64,000 nucleotides of DNA from Planctomycetota bacterium (lineage in GTDB: Bacteria > Planctomycetota > UBA1135 > UBA2386), in the NCBI GenBank assembly GCA_965223545.1, contig OZ245006.1, forward strand, positions 992,001 to 1,056,000, written 5' to 3'. Shown here one piece after another: positions 48,383-58,732 of this stretch; positions within the stretch are counted from its first letter, which is position 1; the number at the start of each line of letters is the position of its first letter. Position numbers and translations under genes: made by a program. A model generated the notes under the pieces. It did no database searches, had not been told where the DNA came from, and worked only from the letters and a program-made list of their open reading frames with translations.

Positions 48383-51112
48383 ATGCAGCTCGTCACGGGA
48401 ACCCGACCACCAGCAATCGGCTGGCGTGCACTCGACGTCGTACTCACCGCGGCGATCCTCGCCGCGCTCGCCGCAACCACTGCCGCGCAGCAGCAGTTCG
48501 ACGAGCTGCGCAAGCGGGGCTTGCCACCGGATCGCTGGGACACCCAATCCGTGGCGATGGGTGATCTCGACGGCGACGGCGACCTCGACCTGGTCTGCGC
48601 CAACGGCTCCGAGGCGAGCTGGAAGTACTGGTACGTCTTCGGCCAGCAGAACCAGCTGTTCCTCGGCGACGGCCACAACGGGTCGTTCACCGAGGCCACG
48701 GGCACCCGCATGCCCGTCGACCAGGACTATTCGCGGGCCGTGGCGCTCGGAGACCTGGACAACGACGGCGACCTCGACATCGTGTTCGGCAACGTCTATG
48801 CGAAGCTCAAGCTGTACCTGAACGACGGCACCGGTGTGTTCTCCGACGGCCCGTCGCGCGTACCAACGGTTTTCGACGCCACGGCGGTCGCGCTCGACGA
48901 CGTCGACGGGGATGGTGACCTCGACATCGTCTGCGGCACCAACCGGCTCTTCACGTACACCCCGCAGGATCGCCTCCTTCTGAACGACGGCACGGGCGTC
49001 TTTCGAGACGTGACCGCGACACACTTGCCTCCCGGCTACTACGCCACCGCCGACATCGCCTTCGGCGATGTCGACGGCGACGGCGACCTGGACCTGCTCC
49101 TCGCGACGACCCTATACCCCAAGCGGAGCAGCCGGCTCTACCTGAATGACGGCACCGGCATCTTCACCGACGCAACCGCTGCGCGGCTGCCGAGTGTCCC
49201 GGAGTCGGTGCTGTCCGTGGCGCTCGGTGACGTCGATGGGGACGGCGACCTAGACCTGGTCTGGGGGATCACGCGCTGGGGAAACCCGACACCCCAGAAC
49301 CGGCTCCTCCTCAACGACGGCTCCGGTCGATTCGCCGATGCCACGGCAGCGCAGATGCCCGTCGACACCGACGACACCACCGCCCTGGTGTTGGCCGACT
49401 TGGACGGCGACAGCGATCTCGACCTGGTTCTCGGCAACGACTGGCAGCCCAATCGCCTCTACCGCAACGACGGCACCGGGACCTTCGCCTCGGCAACCTC
49501 TGGCTGGCTGCCGACGCGCTACTTTACGCCGTCCATCGCCCTCGGCGATATTGATCTCGACGGCGATCTCGACGTCCTGTTCGGCAACTCTGGTGTTCAA
49601 TTCGACCCGGCCCCGCCGAACGAACTCTACCTCAACGACGGCACTGGCACGTTCGACGATGCCGAGCCCTCGGGCCTCCCCGAGGACGTCGACGGCGGCC
49701 GCGATGTCGCGCTGGCAGACGTCGACAGCGACGGCGATCTGGACCTCGTAGTGGCCAACGCATACGGCCCCCAGGGGCAACAGAACCGCCTGTACTTGAA
49801 CGATGGTATCGGGGCCTACGGCGACGCGACGGCGGCGCACCTGCCCGCTCGACAGGATTACAGCGCCGCGATCGCGCTTGGCGACGTCGACGCCGATGGC
49901 GACCTCGACCTCGTCTTCGGCAACTTCTATTCCCCACCCTACGTCGGGGAGCAGAACCGCCTCTACCTCAACAATGGCTCAGGCATCTTCACCGACGTCA
50001 CCGCCGCGCAGCTGCCGTTCGACAACGACGGAACCGAGGACCTGGCGTTGGGTGACGTCGACGGTGACGGCGACCTCGACCTCGCGCTCGCAAACAGTAA
50101 TGGCCAGGATCGACTGTACCTGAACGACGGATCCGGCACGTTCGTCGACGTCACCGCGGCGCACATGCCGCAGGATGCGGACTTCACGAACGCGGTCGTG
50201 TTCGGTGACGTCGACGGCGATGGCGACCTCGACCTCGTCTTTGGAGGCTCTCTTTGGCGCACGACGAGCCGGCTCTACCTGAACGACGGATCCGGCAGGT
50301 TCGCCGACGTCACCGGCACCCACATCGGGCCGCGCTCCAGTAGCACCTCTGGAACGCTGGGACTCATCCTCGTGGACATCGACGGAGACTCGGATCTGGA
50401 CCTCGTCGAAGCCAACTGCAGCCAGAACGCTTTGTACCTCAACGACGGCACCGGCAAGTTCACCGACGCGACCGCAACGCACATGCCGGTCGACTGGTCG
50501 TGCGGTCGGGCCGTGGCCGCGGGCGACGTCGATCTCGACGGCGATCTCGATCTGGTGTTCGGCAACGCGCGCGACGTGTTCCTCCAGGACAGCCTCTATC
50601 TCAACGACGGCACCGGCAGGTTTGCCGACGTGACCGCGGCGCGCATGCTCAAGAACAACACCGACACCTCGGCAATCGCGCTCGGCGACGTTGACGACGA
50701 TGGCGACCTCGACCTCGTGTTCGCCAACTTCGGAGAGCCCAACGAGCTCCAGCTCAACCTGCTGCGTCAGCTCGACACGCCTCACCCATTGCGCGCCGGC
50801 CGCACGTATACGCTGGACGCGTACGCGCGCTGCGGCCCGTTCCGCCCCGCCGACCTCGCCCTGCCCTTCGCCGCCACCGGCCGCGCCGCGGTCCCGGTGC
50901 CACCGCTGGGCATCGTCGGCCTGGACCCGACGCAGACCGTGGCGCTGCCACCGTTTCTCGTGCCTCACCCCGCGGGCGTCGCTTCGATCTCGCTGCCCGT
51001 GCCCAACCTGCCCTCGCTGGTCGGCACGACGCTCTCCGCGCAGGCCGTGCTGGTCCCGTTCCCCTACCCGGCACGACTCACCGGCGTTGTCTCCGACGTG
51101 CTGACCCGATAG
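48383..51112 (+). CDS. Secreted FG-GAP/VCBS repeat protein (14 repeats) with the shared C-terminal module
   Basis: Signal peptide; 14 GD.DGDGDLD-type motifs; GGAGG RBS. Confidence 0.85.
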   Translation: MQLVTGTRPPAIGWRALDVVLTAAILAALAATTAAQQQFDELRKRGLPPDRWDTQSVAMGDLDGDGDLDLVCANGSEASWKYWYVFGQQNQLFLGDGHNGSFTEATGTRMPVDQDYSRAVALGDLDNDGDLDIVFGNVYAKLKLYLNDGTGVFSDGPSRVPTVFDATAVALDDVDGDGDLDIVCGTNRLFTYTPQDRLLLNDGTGVFRDVTATHLPPGYYATADIAFGDVDGDGDLDLLLATTLYPKRSSRLYLNDGTGIFTDATAARLPSVPESVLSVALGDVDGDGDLDLVWGITRWGNPTPQNRLLLNDGSGRFADATAAQMPVDTDDTTALVLADLDGDSDLDLVLGNDWQPNRLYRNDGTGTFASATSGWLPTRYFTPSIALGDIDLDGDLDVLFGNSGVQFDPAPPNELYLNDGTGTFDDAEPSGLPEDVDGGRDVALADVDSDGDLDLVVANAYGPQGQQNRLYLNDGIGAYGDATAAHLPARQDYSAAIALGDVDADGDLDLVFGNFYSPPYVGEQNRLYLNNGSGIFTDVTAAQLPFDNDGTEDLALGDVDGDGDLDLALANSNGQDRLYLNDGSGTFVDVTAAHMPQDADFTNAVVFGDVDGDGDLDLVFGGSLWRTTSRLYLNDGSGRFADVTGTHIGPRSSSTSGTLGLILVDIDGDSDLDLVEANCSQNALYLNDGTGKFTDATATHMPVDWSCGRAVAAGDVDLDGDLDLVFGNARDVFLQDSLYLNDGTGRFADVTAARMLKNNTDTSAIALGDVDDDGDLDLVFANFGEPNELQLNLLRQLDTPHPLRAGRTYTLDAYARCGPFRPADLALPFAATGRAAVPVPPLGIVGLDPTQTVALPPFLVPHPAGVASISLPVPNLPSLVGTTLSAQAVLVPFPYPARLTGVVSDVLTR

Positions 51113-51182
51113 GTCGGGCCGGGGTTGCGCTTCTCCGCGCGGCAAACTGGCAACCGCCGCCGGGCGCGCTACCCTTCGAGGC

Positions 51183-51878
51183 ATGGTGCGCCGAACCCCC
51201 CATGCCATCGAGCCCCCCACCCGTGTGTATCTGGTCGGCGCGCACTCCACCGGCAAGACCACGCTGGCGCGCTGGATCCGCGACCGCTACGGCCTGCCGA
51301 TGATCTCCGAGGTCGCGCGCGGCGTGCTGGCGGAGATGGAGGCCCAGCTCGCCGCCCTGCGCAGCGACGTCGACCTCGTCAACCGCTACCAGAGCGAGGT
51401 GTTTGCCCGGCAGATCGACGCCGAGCAGCAGCAGGCGAGCGGCTTCGTCTCGGACCGCGCGTTCTGCAACCTCGCCTACGCGGCGCAGCACTCGACGGTG
51501 CTCGCGGACATCGCTGGCGACCCTCGCCTGCGGACGTACATGGAGCACGTGCGCAGTGGGCTGGTGTTCTACGTCCGGCCACACCGCGTGCTGCTGGCGG
51601 AGGACGGCGTGCGCGAGAGCCCCGACTGGGAGGAGTGCCTGCGCATCGACGGCATGGTGAAGCTGATGCTCGAGATGTTCGCCATCCCCTACGTGCCGGT
51701 CGCTTCGCTGTCGATGCAAGAGCGGGTGCGCCTGATCCAGCGCGTGCTCGACCTCGCCGGTCTCACGCCCGTCGAGCCGCGCCCGCCGGCACGCCCGACC
51801 GAGCACCCGGCCGCGGCCGACGGTGGCCGCGCCGCGACCAACGGCGTCAAGCCGACGCCGGCGACGGGCCGCGGCTGA
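51183..51878 (+). CDS. P-loop ATPase/kinase (AAA_28, NadR-like)
   Basis: LVGAHSTGKTT, SEVAR, VSDRAF and EDGVR. Confidence 0.75.
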   Translation: MVRRTPHAIEPPTRVYLVGAHSTGKTTLARWIRDRYGLPMISEVARGVLAEMEAQLAALRSDVDLVNRYQSEVFARQIDAEQQQASGFVSDRAFCNLAYAAQHSTVLADIAGDPRLRTYMEHVRSGLVFYVRPHRVLLAEDGVRESPDWEECLRIDGMVKLMLEMFAIPYVPVASLSMQERVRLIQRVLDLAGLTPVEPRPPARPTEHPAAADGGRAATNGVKPTPATGRG

Positions 51879-51893
51879 CTCCGCCTTGGCGCG

Positions 51894-54038
51894 CTACTTC
51901 ACCGCGTCCCACTCGAAGAAGCGGTCGAGGCCGTTCGCCGACGTCGGCGGCCGGCGCCAGCTCTGCAGCTGCTGATAGACGTAGGTGCCGCGCGCCAAGA
52001 GGTCGGCGTCGCCGTACATCTGCCCGTAGCGCATGGCCAGCTTGACCGCCGGAATCGACCACTCGTTGAACCCGGTGCCGAACGCCCAGAGGATGTACGC
52101 CGGATTCGCGTACTGCTGCGCGGTGAGCGACCTGCCGCCCTCTTGCCACGCGACCGCGGTGCCGACGATCAGCTGGCTGGGAGTGATCAGCCACCCCCAG
52201 GTCATCAAGCTCTTGGTCGCCATGACGGCGACGAGGTGGGCGTCGAAGTCGCCGAGCACGCGGTACACGGCCTCGAGCCCCAGAATCGCCTGCGCATCCT
52301 CCCACGGTGACCAATAGGTCTCGTTCAGGTTGCGCGGGTTGGGCGCGTACAGCGTCACCGGCCGCACCGGCCCCTTCACCTTCAGGCCGACCGCGTTGGC
52401 GCGGATCACCTCGTGCACGCGCCGGCCGATGTGCTGCGCCAGCTCGTCATTGCCGGTGCACAAGTAGTTCCACGCCATGCTCATCAGCGTGCGGCCGATC
52501 GAACGCGAAGCGGCCATGCCATTCGTCGAGGTGTTTGGCCGCTGGCTGGGAACGGTGTGCTGGGCGATGTAGAGCTGCGCCTCGTTCTCCATCTCGTGCC
52601 GCAGGGAGTGACTGCCGGTGAGCAGATAGGTGGCGGACAGCGTGAGGCTGGACCAGTGCTGGCCGTCGCGCCCCTGCCAGCCGTTCGCCTGCACGGTCGC
52701 CGGCGGAAACGGCTTGCCGAGGCGATCCGGGCTGGTCTGTCGACTGAAGTGCGTGCGGCCATCCCACGTCACCCAGCGCGGGTGGTCGACGACGCGCACC
52801 GGCCGGCCGTCGCGCTCGCGATGGTGCACGGGCCGATTGGCCTCTTCGCTCATGTTGAAGCGCCCCTCGGCGATCCCGTCGGGTAGGCCCGAGGCGAACA
52901 CGGCCAACAGCTTGGCAGTGCCGAAGTCGGGCTGCCAGCCGGTCGACCACGGCGCCGGGAAGAGGCCGAGCGGATAGTCCTCCCATTGGCGACCGGGTTG
53001 CGCGACCCAACTCTCGAACGCGACGCGCTGCGCGGTCACCGCCGCACGGCCGCCGTCCTTGATCCACGGCGGAAAGTCGGGGACATGCCCGAACGGCCCG
53101 AACGCACCCGACGCCTTCCAGTCGGTGCTGACGCCGACCAGGTCGGCTTGCACGACGGCCGCCAGGGTCGCCGCGCGCTTGGCTTCACTCGCCGCGCCGG
53201 TCGGGTGATAGAACAACAGGTCACCGAACCACTCCTGCGCCTGCCCGTCGAAAAAGGTCGTCCGCCCCAGCAGTCGCACGGCGTTGGGACCCGTCGTGCT
53301 CGGCGACGACATCCGGACGCCACGACGAATCGCACCGTGGACGCTGGGAATCGCGCCGTGGACGATCAAATCGAGCCCCTCGATCGTCGTCAGCCACTGT
53401 GCCGACTCGGTGCTGCTGCTGGTGACCCGCAGCTCGAACGGGACGTGGTCTTGGCCGGAGTAGACACTCAGCCACAGGTCGTAGACGAGATCGGTGCGCG
53501 GAAGGCGCGCGCGAAAGTGGAGCACCTGGCGAAACCGACTGTTCTCGACCACGCGCAACAGTGACATCGGCGCCGTCTGCGTGCCGATCTCCTTGCCGGT
53601 CACCACCAGCTGCATGTTGAACACGGGCAAGCCGGTGCGCACCCAGGACGACAGGGCGAACGGCGGGCTCGCACTCTGACCCTGCACCACGTTGACGACG
53701 GTCTCGGCACCGGCCGCCAGGTCGAGCGGGACCACCAGCTGGGCGTAGCGCACACTGCCGTCGGGCCAGCGCGCCCCGAACGGCAGGAGCTCCGCTGGCA
53801 GCCCCGGCACCGTGAAGCTCTTGCCGGCCGTCCACACACCGGCCGGGAACGGCACCGTCGCCACGCCCCATTGGGTGCGCGGGGTGTTGGCGAAGTTGAC
53901 GAACCGAACGCTCGTGCTGAAGCCCTGTGCAGCCAATGGCATCAGGGTCACGAGCAACGCCGCGGCGGCGGCGCGGGTCAGGCAGGTCAGGTGGGTGGAG
54001 AGGGGGCGGAGGGGAAGGACTCGTCGGCTGTGGGGCAT
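51894..54038 (-). CDS. Secreted protein, possible polysaccharide lyase-like (RGLX/YetA-type N-terminus plus helical C-terminal part)
   Basis: Signal peptide ending LAAQ; TVPFPAG...WPDGSVRYA N-terminal motif; Trp/His-rich C-terminal half. Confidence 0.5.
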   Translation of the reverse strand: MPHSRRVLPLRPLSTHLTCLTRAAAAALLVTLMPLAAQGFSTSVRFVNFANTPRTQWGVATVPFPAGVWTAGKSFTVPGLPAELLPFGARWPDGSVRYAQLVVPLDLAAGAETVVNVVQGQSASPPFALSSWVRTGLPVFNMQLVVTGKEIGTQTAPMSLLRVVENSRFRQVLHFRARLPRTDLVYDLWLSVYSGQDHVPFELRVTSSSTESAQWLTTIEGLDLIVHGAIPSVHGAIRRGVRMSSPSTTGPNAVRLLGRTTFFDGQAQEWFGDLLFYHPTGAASEAKRAATLAAVVQADLVGVSTDWKASGAFGPFGHVPDFPPWIKDGGRAAVTAQRVAFESWVAQPGRQWEDYPLGLFPAPWSTGWQPDFGTAKLLAVFASGLPDGIAEGRFNMSEEANRPVHHRERDGRPVRVVDHPRWVTWDGRTHFSRQTSPDRLGKPFPPATVQANGWQGRDGQHWSSLTLSATYLLTGSHSLRHEMENEAQLYIAQHTVPSQRPNTSTNGMAASRSIGRTLMSMAWNYLCTGNDELAQHIGRRVHEVIRANAVGLKVKGPVRPVTLYAPNPRNLNETYWSPWEDAQAILGLEAVYRVLGDFDAHLVAVMATKSLMTWGWLITPSQLIVGTAVAWQEGGRSLTAQQYANPAYILWAFGTGFNEWSIPAVKLAMRYGQMYGDADLLARGTYVYQQLQSWRRPPTSANGLDRFFEWDAVK

Positions 54039-54393
54039 CGGTGCGATGTCATGGGAGTCGGAGGGGTCCTCCGGACGGCTGCGTGGCCCGGATGCTAACG
54101 GCCGTTTTGGAAGACCCGGAGTGCGCCGCGCGCGCCGACCTTGACCGATCTGACTGCCACTTCGTATCTCGTTGCAGCCGGCGGAGTTCGCGCCTGAATC
54201 GTTTTCCACAGGCGAGTTCCGCCCGGGCCGGGCCTCGGCGTTGCGGCGGAGGGGGCGGACGGCGGCACCCCATCGTTGTCTCCTGTTCGCAGCATCGGCG
54301 TTTGCGGCTCGCAAAGGGCAACCCGCCGGCGTATGCCGGCAGGTCGCCGCCCCGCCCCCGACTCCTCTCTTCAACCCCGTCCCCCGAGCCCAG

Positions 54394-56220
54394 ATGCGCC
54401 CGATCACGTTCCGCGTCCCGATCCTCATGTCCTGTCTCGGCCTGGCGACCGCGGCCGCCGCGCAAGACACGACCGCGCCCGCCGCACCCGCTGCGACCGG
54501 CGCCGCCACCGCCGCCGCGCTGGTTCCCGCCGACGTCGTCGACCGCATCATCGAAGAGGGCATCGACAACAGCCACGCGATGCACTACCTCGACGCGTTG
54601 ACCAACGGCATCGGGCATCGCCTGACGGGGTCGCACAACTACGACGCCGCCTGCCGGTGGGCGTTGGCCGAGTTTCGCGCGCTCGGTCTCGAGGCCGAGC
54701 TCGAGCCCTGGGCGACGTGGAAGACCGGTTGGGACCGCGGCCAGTGGTCGGGGCGGGTCACCCACCCGGTCGCGATGGAGCTGCAGGTCGCCACCCCGGC
54801 GTGGACCGCGGGCACGCGGGGGGCCACCCGGGGGCGACTGCTGGTGTTGCCCGAATCGCTCGATGCATTCACGGCCATGGGTGAGCAGGTGCGCGGCGCC
54901 TTCCTGTTCGACCTGGCGAGCATCCCCGACTACGACGACCCGGACCGCGAGCGCTACGGCGGCGTGCCGGAGTGGGTGCGCGAGCACGCCGTGGCTGCCG
55001 GCGTCGCCGGCATCGTCACCAGCTCCATCGGAACGCCGGAGTACCCCAACCGAATCCGCGTGTTCGCCGATCGCCGTTCGGTGCCCTGGCTGTCCGAAGA
55101 CCGCGGCCAGCTGCCGGAGGTCGTCGTCCGCTACGACCAAGCGGAGAGGCTGCGCTGGCTGCTCACCCACAACGAGCGGGTCGACGTCGAGTTCGACATC
55201 CGCAACCGCTACCGGAAGGGCCCGATCGAGCTGCACAACGTGGTCGCCGAGTTGCGCGGCACCGAGAAGCCCGACGAGGTGGTCTACGTCTGCGGGCACC
55301 TCGACTCGTGGCACCAGGCGACCGGCACGACCGACAACGGCACCGGCACGACGTCGACCATGGAAGCCGCGCGCATCCTGACCGCCGCCGGAGCGCAGCC
55401 CAAACGGACGATCCGGTTCGCGCTGTGGGGCGGCGAGGAGCAGGGCCTGTTGGGCTCGGCCGAGCACGTCAAGCGCCGCCGCACCGAGATGGACAAGGTC
55501 TCGTGCGTGCTCAACCACGACACCGGCACCAACTGGGCCTACCGGCTGTCGGTGACGGAAGCGATGCTGCCGCTGTTCGAGCGCGTAATGGCGCCGGTGA
55601 TGCAGCTGACGCCGCCGGACGCCGATCACGAAGGCCCGGTGTTCTCCCTGCGCGCGGTCCGCCAGCTGCGCGGAGGTGGCGGGAGCGACCACGCCTCGTT
55701 CACCGCCGCCGGCGTGCCCGGGCTCGCCTGGGGCCTCACCGGCCGCAGCGATTACTTCGGCTACACCTGGCACACGCAGTGGGACAGCTACGATGTGGCA
55801 ATCCCCGAGTACCAGCGCCACACCGCCACGGTGATCGCGCTGACCGCCCTCGGCGTCGCCAACCTGGAAGAGCTGTTGCCGCGCGAGGGCGTCGTGCGCG
55901 GCCGCGGCCGCGGTCGTGGCGACGCGACCCAGATGTTCGCCGATCGCCTCGACGCCACCATCGAAGGTCTGGCCTTCACCGCCGTCCGCGACGGCGGCAT
56001 GGCGGCAACGGCGGGCATTCGCACCGGCGACACCGTGGTCAGCGCCAACGGCAAGCCGGTGAAGAGCGCCGCCGACATCTTCACGATTCTGCGCGAGGGC
56101 GGCAGCTTCACCGACCCGATCGCCCTGGTCTTGCGCCGCGGCGACGAGGAGGTCGAGGTCTCGGTCGCGCCGTTCGCCGACTTCGGCCGCCGTCGCGGGG
56201 GCACGCGACGCGAACGCTGA
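54394..56220 (+). CDS. M28 family metallopeptidase (carboxypeptidase Q-like) with a C-terminal PDZ domain
   Basis: GHRLTGS, GHLDSW, GTTDNGTG, WGGEEQGLLGS, SDHASF and WHTQWD; PDZ segment AGIRTGDTVVSANGKPV. Confidence 0.88.
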   Translation: MRPITFRVPILMSCLGLATAAAAQDTTAPAAPAATGAATAAALVPADVVDRIIEEGIDNSHAMHYLDALTNGIGHRLTGSHNYDAACRWALAEFRALGLEAELEPWATWKTGWDRGQWSGRVTHPVAMELQVATPAWTAGTRGATRGRLLVLPESLDAFTAMGEQVRGAFLFDLASIPDYDDPDRERYGGVPEWVREHAVAAGVAGIVTSSIGTPEYPNRIRVFADRRSVPWLSEDRGQLPEVVVRYDQAERLRWLLTHNERVDVEFDIRNRYRKGPIELHNVVAELRGTEKPDEVVYVCGHLDSWHQATGTTDNGTGTTSTMEAARILTAAGAQPKRTIRFALWGGEEQGLLGSAEHVKRRRTEMDKVSCVLNHDTGTNWAYRLSVTEAMLPLFERVMAPVMQLTPPDADHEGPVFSLRAVRQLRGGGGSDHASFTAAGVPGLAWGLTGRSDYFGYTWHTQWDSYDVAIPEYQRHTATVIALTALGVANLEELLPREGVVRGRGRGRGDATQMFADRLDATIEGLAFTAVRDGGMAATAGIRTGDTVVSANGKPVKSAADIFTILREGGSFTDPIALVLRRGDEEVEVSVAPFADFGRRRGGTRRER

Positions 56221-56254
56221 ACACCGCGCGGCGCGCCGCGCTATGCTTCGCGCC

Positions 56255-57124
56255 GTGGCAGCCACCAGCGGACCCCGCCTCGGCCTGATCGCCGGCGGCG
56301 GCAGCTTTCCGGTCGAGGTCGCGCGCGCGGCGCGCGCGCGGGGCTACTCCGTGGTCTGCGCCGGCATTCGCTTGGAGGTCGAGGACGCGCTGCGGGCCGA
56401 GGTCGACGTGTTCCGCCGCTTCGGCCTGCTCAGCTTCAACCGCTACCTGCGCTACTTCCGCCGCCACGGCGTGCGGCGGCTCGTGTTCGCCGGCTGGGTC
56501 CGCAAGGAGCGTTTGCTCAGCTGGCGCGGACTGCTCCACCACCTGCCCGACCTGCGCGCGGTGCGCTTCATCAGCCGGACGCTGCGCGGCCGAGACCGCC
56601 AGAGCCAGACGCTGCTGGCGGCGCTGTGCGAGGAGTTCGACCGCGAGGGCATGCAGGTCGAGCACTCGACCAGCGTCTGTCCGGAGCTGTTGGTCGGCGC
56701 CGGCGTGCTGGGCAAGCACCGGCCGCCCCAGCGACAGTGCGCCGACATCGCCTTTGGCTGGCGGGTCGCCAAGCGGATGGCGGATCTCGACGTCGGCCAG
56801 AGTGTGTGCGTCTGTGATCAGGCGACGGTCGCCGTCGAGGGCATCGAGGGAACCGACCGCAACATCCTGCGCGCGGGCGAGCTCTGCCGGCGCCCCTTCA
56901 CGGTGGTCAAGGTCGCGATGGAGGGCCACGACATGCGGTTCGACGTGCCGACCATCGGACCGAAGACGATCCAGACCCTGGCCCGCGCCGGCGGTGTCGC
57001 GCTGGCGGTCGAGGCCGGCAAGACCATCGTCCTCGACCGCGACGACGTAATCGCGTTGGCCGATCGGCACGGCATCGCAGTGATCGCACTGACCTCGCCG
57101 GCGGACTTGGAGCTCGATGACTGA
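56255..57124 (+). CDS. lpxI: UDP-2,3-diacylglucosamine diphosphatase LpxI
   Basis: LGLIAGGGSFP, LDVGQSV, AVEGIEGTD, DMRFDVPTIG and AVEAGKT. Confidence 0.9.
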   Translation: MAATSGPRLGLIAGGGSFPVEVARAARARGYSVVCAGIRLEVEDALRAEVDVFRRFGLLSFNRYLRYFRRHGVRRLVFAGWVRKERLLSWRGLLHHLPDLRAVRFISRTLRGRDRQSQTLLAALCEEFDREGMQVEHSTSVCPELLVGAGVLGKHRPPQRQCADIAFGWRVAKRMADLDVGQSVCVCDQATVAVEGIEGTDRNILRAGELCRRPFTVVKVAMEGHDMRFDVPTIGPKTIQTLARAGGVALAVEAGKTIVLDRDDVIALADRHGIAVIALTSPADLELDD

Positions 57125-57145
57125 GCCCGACGCAGCGAGGCGGCG

Positions 57146-58588
57146 ATGAGCAAGCAAGCCGTCGCCGGCAACTTCCTCGTCACCGGCGCCGGTCGAGGGC
57201 TGGGCATCTTCATCGGCATCGTCACGCTCGGTGTCCTGACCCGCTACCTCGGCGAGGTGCGCTACGGGTCGTACATGTTGGCGTTCGTGTTCCTCACCAC
57301 GGTGATCACGATCTCCAACTTCGGCTTCTCGACCGCGCAGCTGCACATGATGGCGCGCGCCGATCACCCGGAGGAACGCGTCGTCGGCGGCATCTTGGGG
57401 CTGCGCATCGGCGTCGGCGCCCTCTGCCTCATGCTGTCACCGCTGCTGTTGCCGCTGTTCGACTACGACGAAGCGGTGCATCGGTTGGTGCAGCTCGGCC
57501 TGCTGCCCTTCTTCTTCACCTACTTGTCGGGCGCGCTGGGACCGGTGTTCCAGAAGCACTTGATCATGACCCGAGCCGCGGTGGCCGCGCTGATCAATCG
57601 GCTGGTGTTCCTCGCGCTGATCCTGGCGTGCCGCGCCGCCGACCTCGGCGTCGAGTGGGTGATGGGCGCGCTGGCCGTCTCATCGGCGAGCAGCTTGGCT
57701 GCTCAGCTTTGGTTCCTGCGCGGAGTGGTGCGCATTCGACCACGGTGGGAGCCGGCGATCTGGCAGCAGGCCTGGGGCACCGGTTGGCCGGTGGCGATCC
57801 TGACCGGTCTCGGTCTGCTCTGCACCCAGGGCGACCTCTTGCTGGTGGGCAGCTACCACGGCCAGGCGGTGGCCGGCATCTACGGCCTGCCGTTCCGCAT
57901 CCTGTTGCTGATCATCAGCGTGGTGCCGACGCTGTTCATGGGCCTGATGCTGCCGCAGCTGACGCGGACCTGGCACCAGGGCGACCGCGCCGGGTTCCAC
58001 TCGTACTTGCAGGTGGCCTTCGACTTCCTCGTCCTCGCGCTGCTGCCGGTGCTGGTCGCCACCCTGATGCGCGCCGAGTCGATCGTCACCGCGCTCGCCG
58101 ATGCTCGGTTCGAGCCGGCGGCGGACGTCTTGCGCGTCCACGTGTTCGCGCTGGCGGCGATGTTCTTCGGCCTCCTCTACCGCCACGCCGGCATCGCCAT
58201 CGAGCACCAACGCCACCTGCTGCTGCCCAGCGCCATGGTCACCGCGGCGACCCTGGGTTTCTACTTCTGGGCAATCCCCGCGCACGGCATGGCCGGCGCC
58301 GCCTGGGGCCGGGCGCTGCACGCGACGCTCGGCAGCACGGCGACGTTCGCCCTGGTCTACCCGATGGTCCGCCACCTGCCGCACTTGCGGATCGCCGGCC
58401 GGGCGGCGGTCGCCGCCGCCGCCATGGCCGGCACGTTGCAGCTGCTGCCAGCGGTCCATGCCATCGTCGACATCGCCGCCGGTTGCGCGGTGTACGCGGG
58501 GGTCTTGCTGGCGACCGGCGCGGTGCGGTTTTCGCAGCTGCGGGACTCGCTCGCCACCCTGGGCAGCAACTCGTCGCGAAACCGTTGA
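57146..58588 (+). CDS. Oligosaccharide flippase (Wzx/MOP superfamily)
   Basis: About 14 TM helices; LTRYLG..YG, NFGF and AGIYG.P.R motifs. Confidence 0.85.
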   Translation: MSKQAVAGNFLVTGAGRGLGIFIGIVTLGVLTRYLGEVRYGSYMLAFVFLTTVITISNFGFSTAQLHMMARADHPEERVVGGILGLRIGVGALCLMLSPLLLPLFDYDEAVHRLVQLGLLPFFFTYLSGALGPVFQKHLIMTRAAVAALINRLVFLALILACRAADLGVEWVMGALAVSSASSLAAQLWFLRGVVRIRPRWEPAIWQQAWGTGWPVAILTGLGLLCTQGDLLLVGSYHGQAVAGIYGLPFRILLLIISVVPTLFMGLMLPQLTRTWHQGDRAGFHSYLQVAFDFLVLALLPVLVATLMRAESIVTALADARFEPAADVLRVHVFALAAMFFGLLYRHAGIAIEHQRHLLLPSAMVTAATLGFYFWAIPAHGMAGAAWGRALHATLGSTATFALVYPMVRHLPHLRIAGRAAVAAAAMAGTLQLLPAVHAIVDIAAGCAVYAGVLLATGAVRFSQLRDSLATLGSNSSRNR

Positions 58589-58732
58589 CCGCGGCCTCGC
58601 TGACGGCGCGCCGTTACGTCGCACCGGGTCGACGCACGACGCCCCGGGCGACGGCGCCGCACCGACCCTCCCGCGCGCGGAACTTTGCGCACCACCTGCG
58701 ATTCTGACTCCGCTCCAGTCATAATCCCCCGG

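Noticed and set aside
51183..51878. Orphan AAA_28 ATPase as part of an anti-phage or prophage module
   Set aside because: No neighbouring defence, nucleotide-modification or phage genes.
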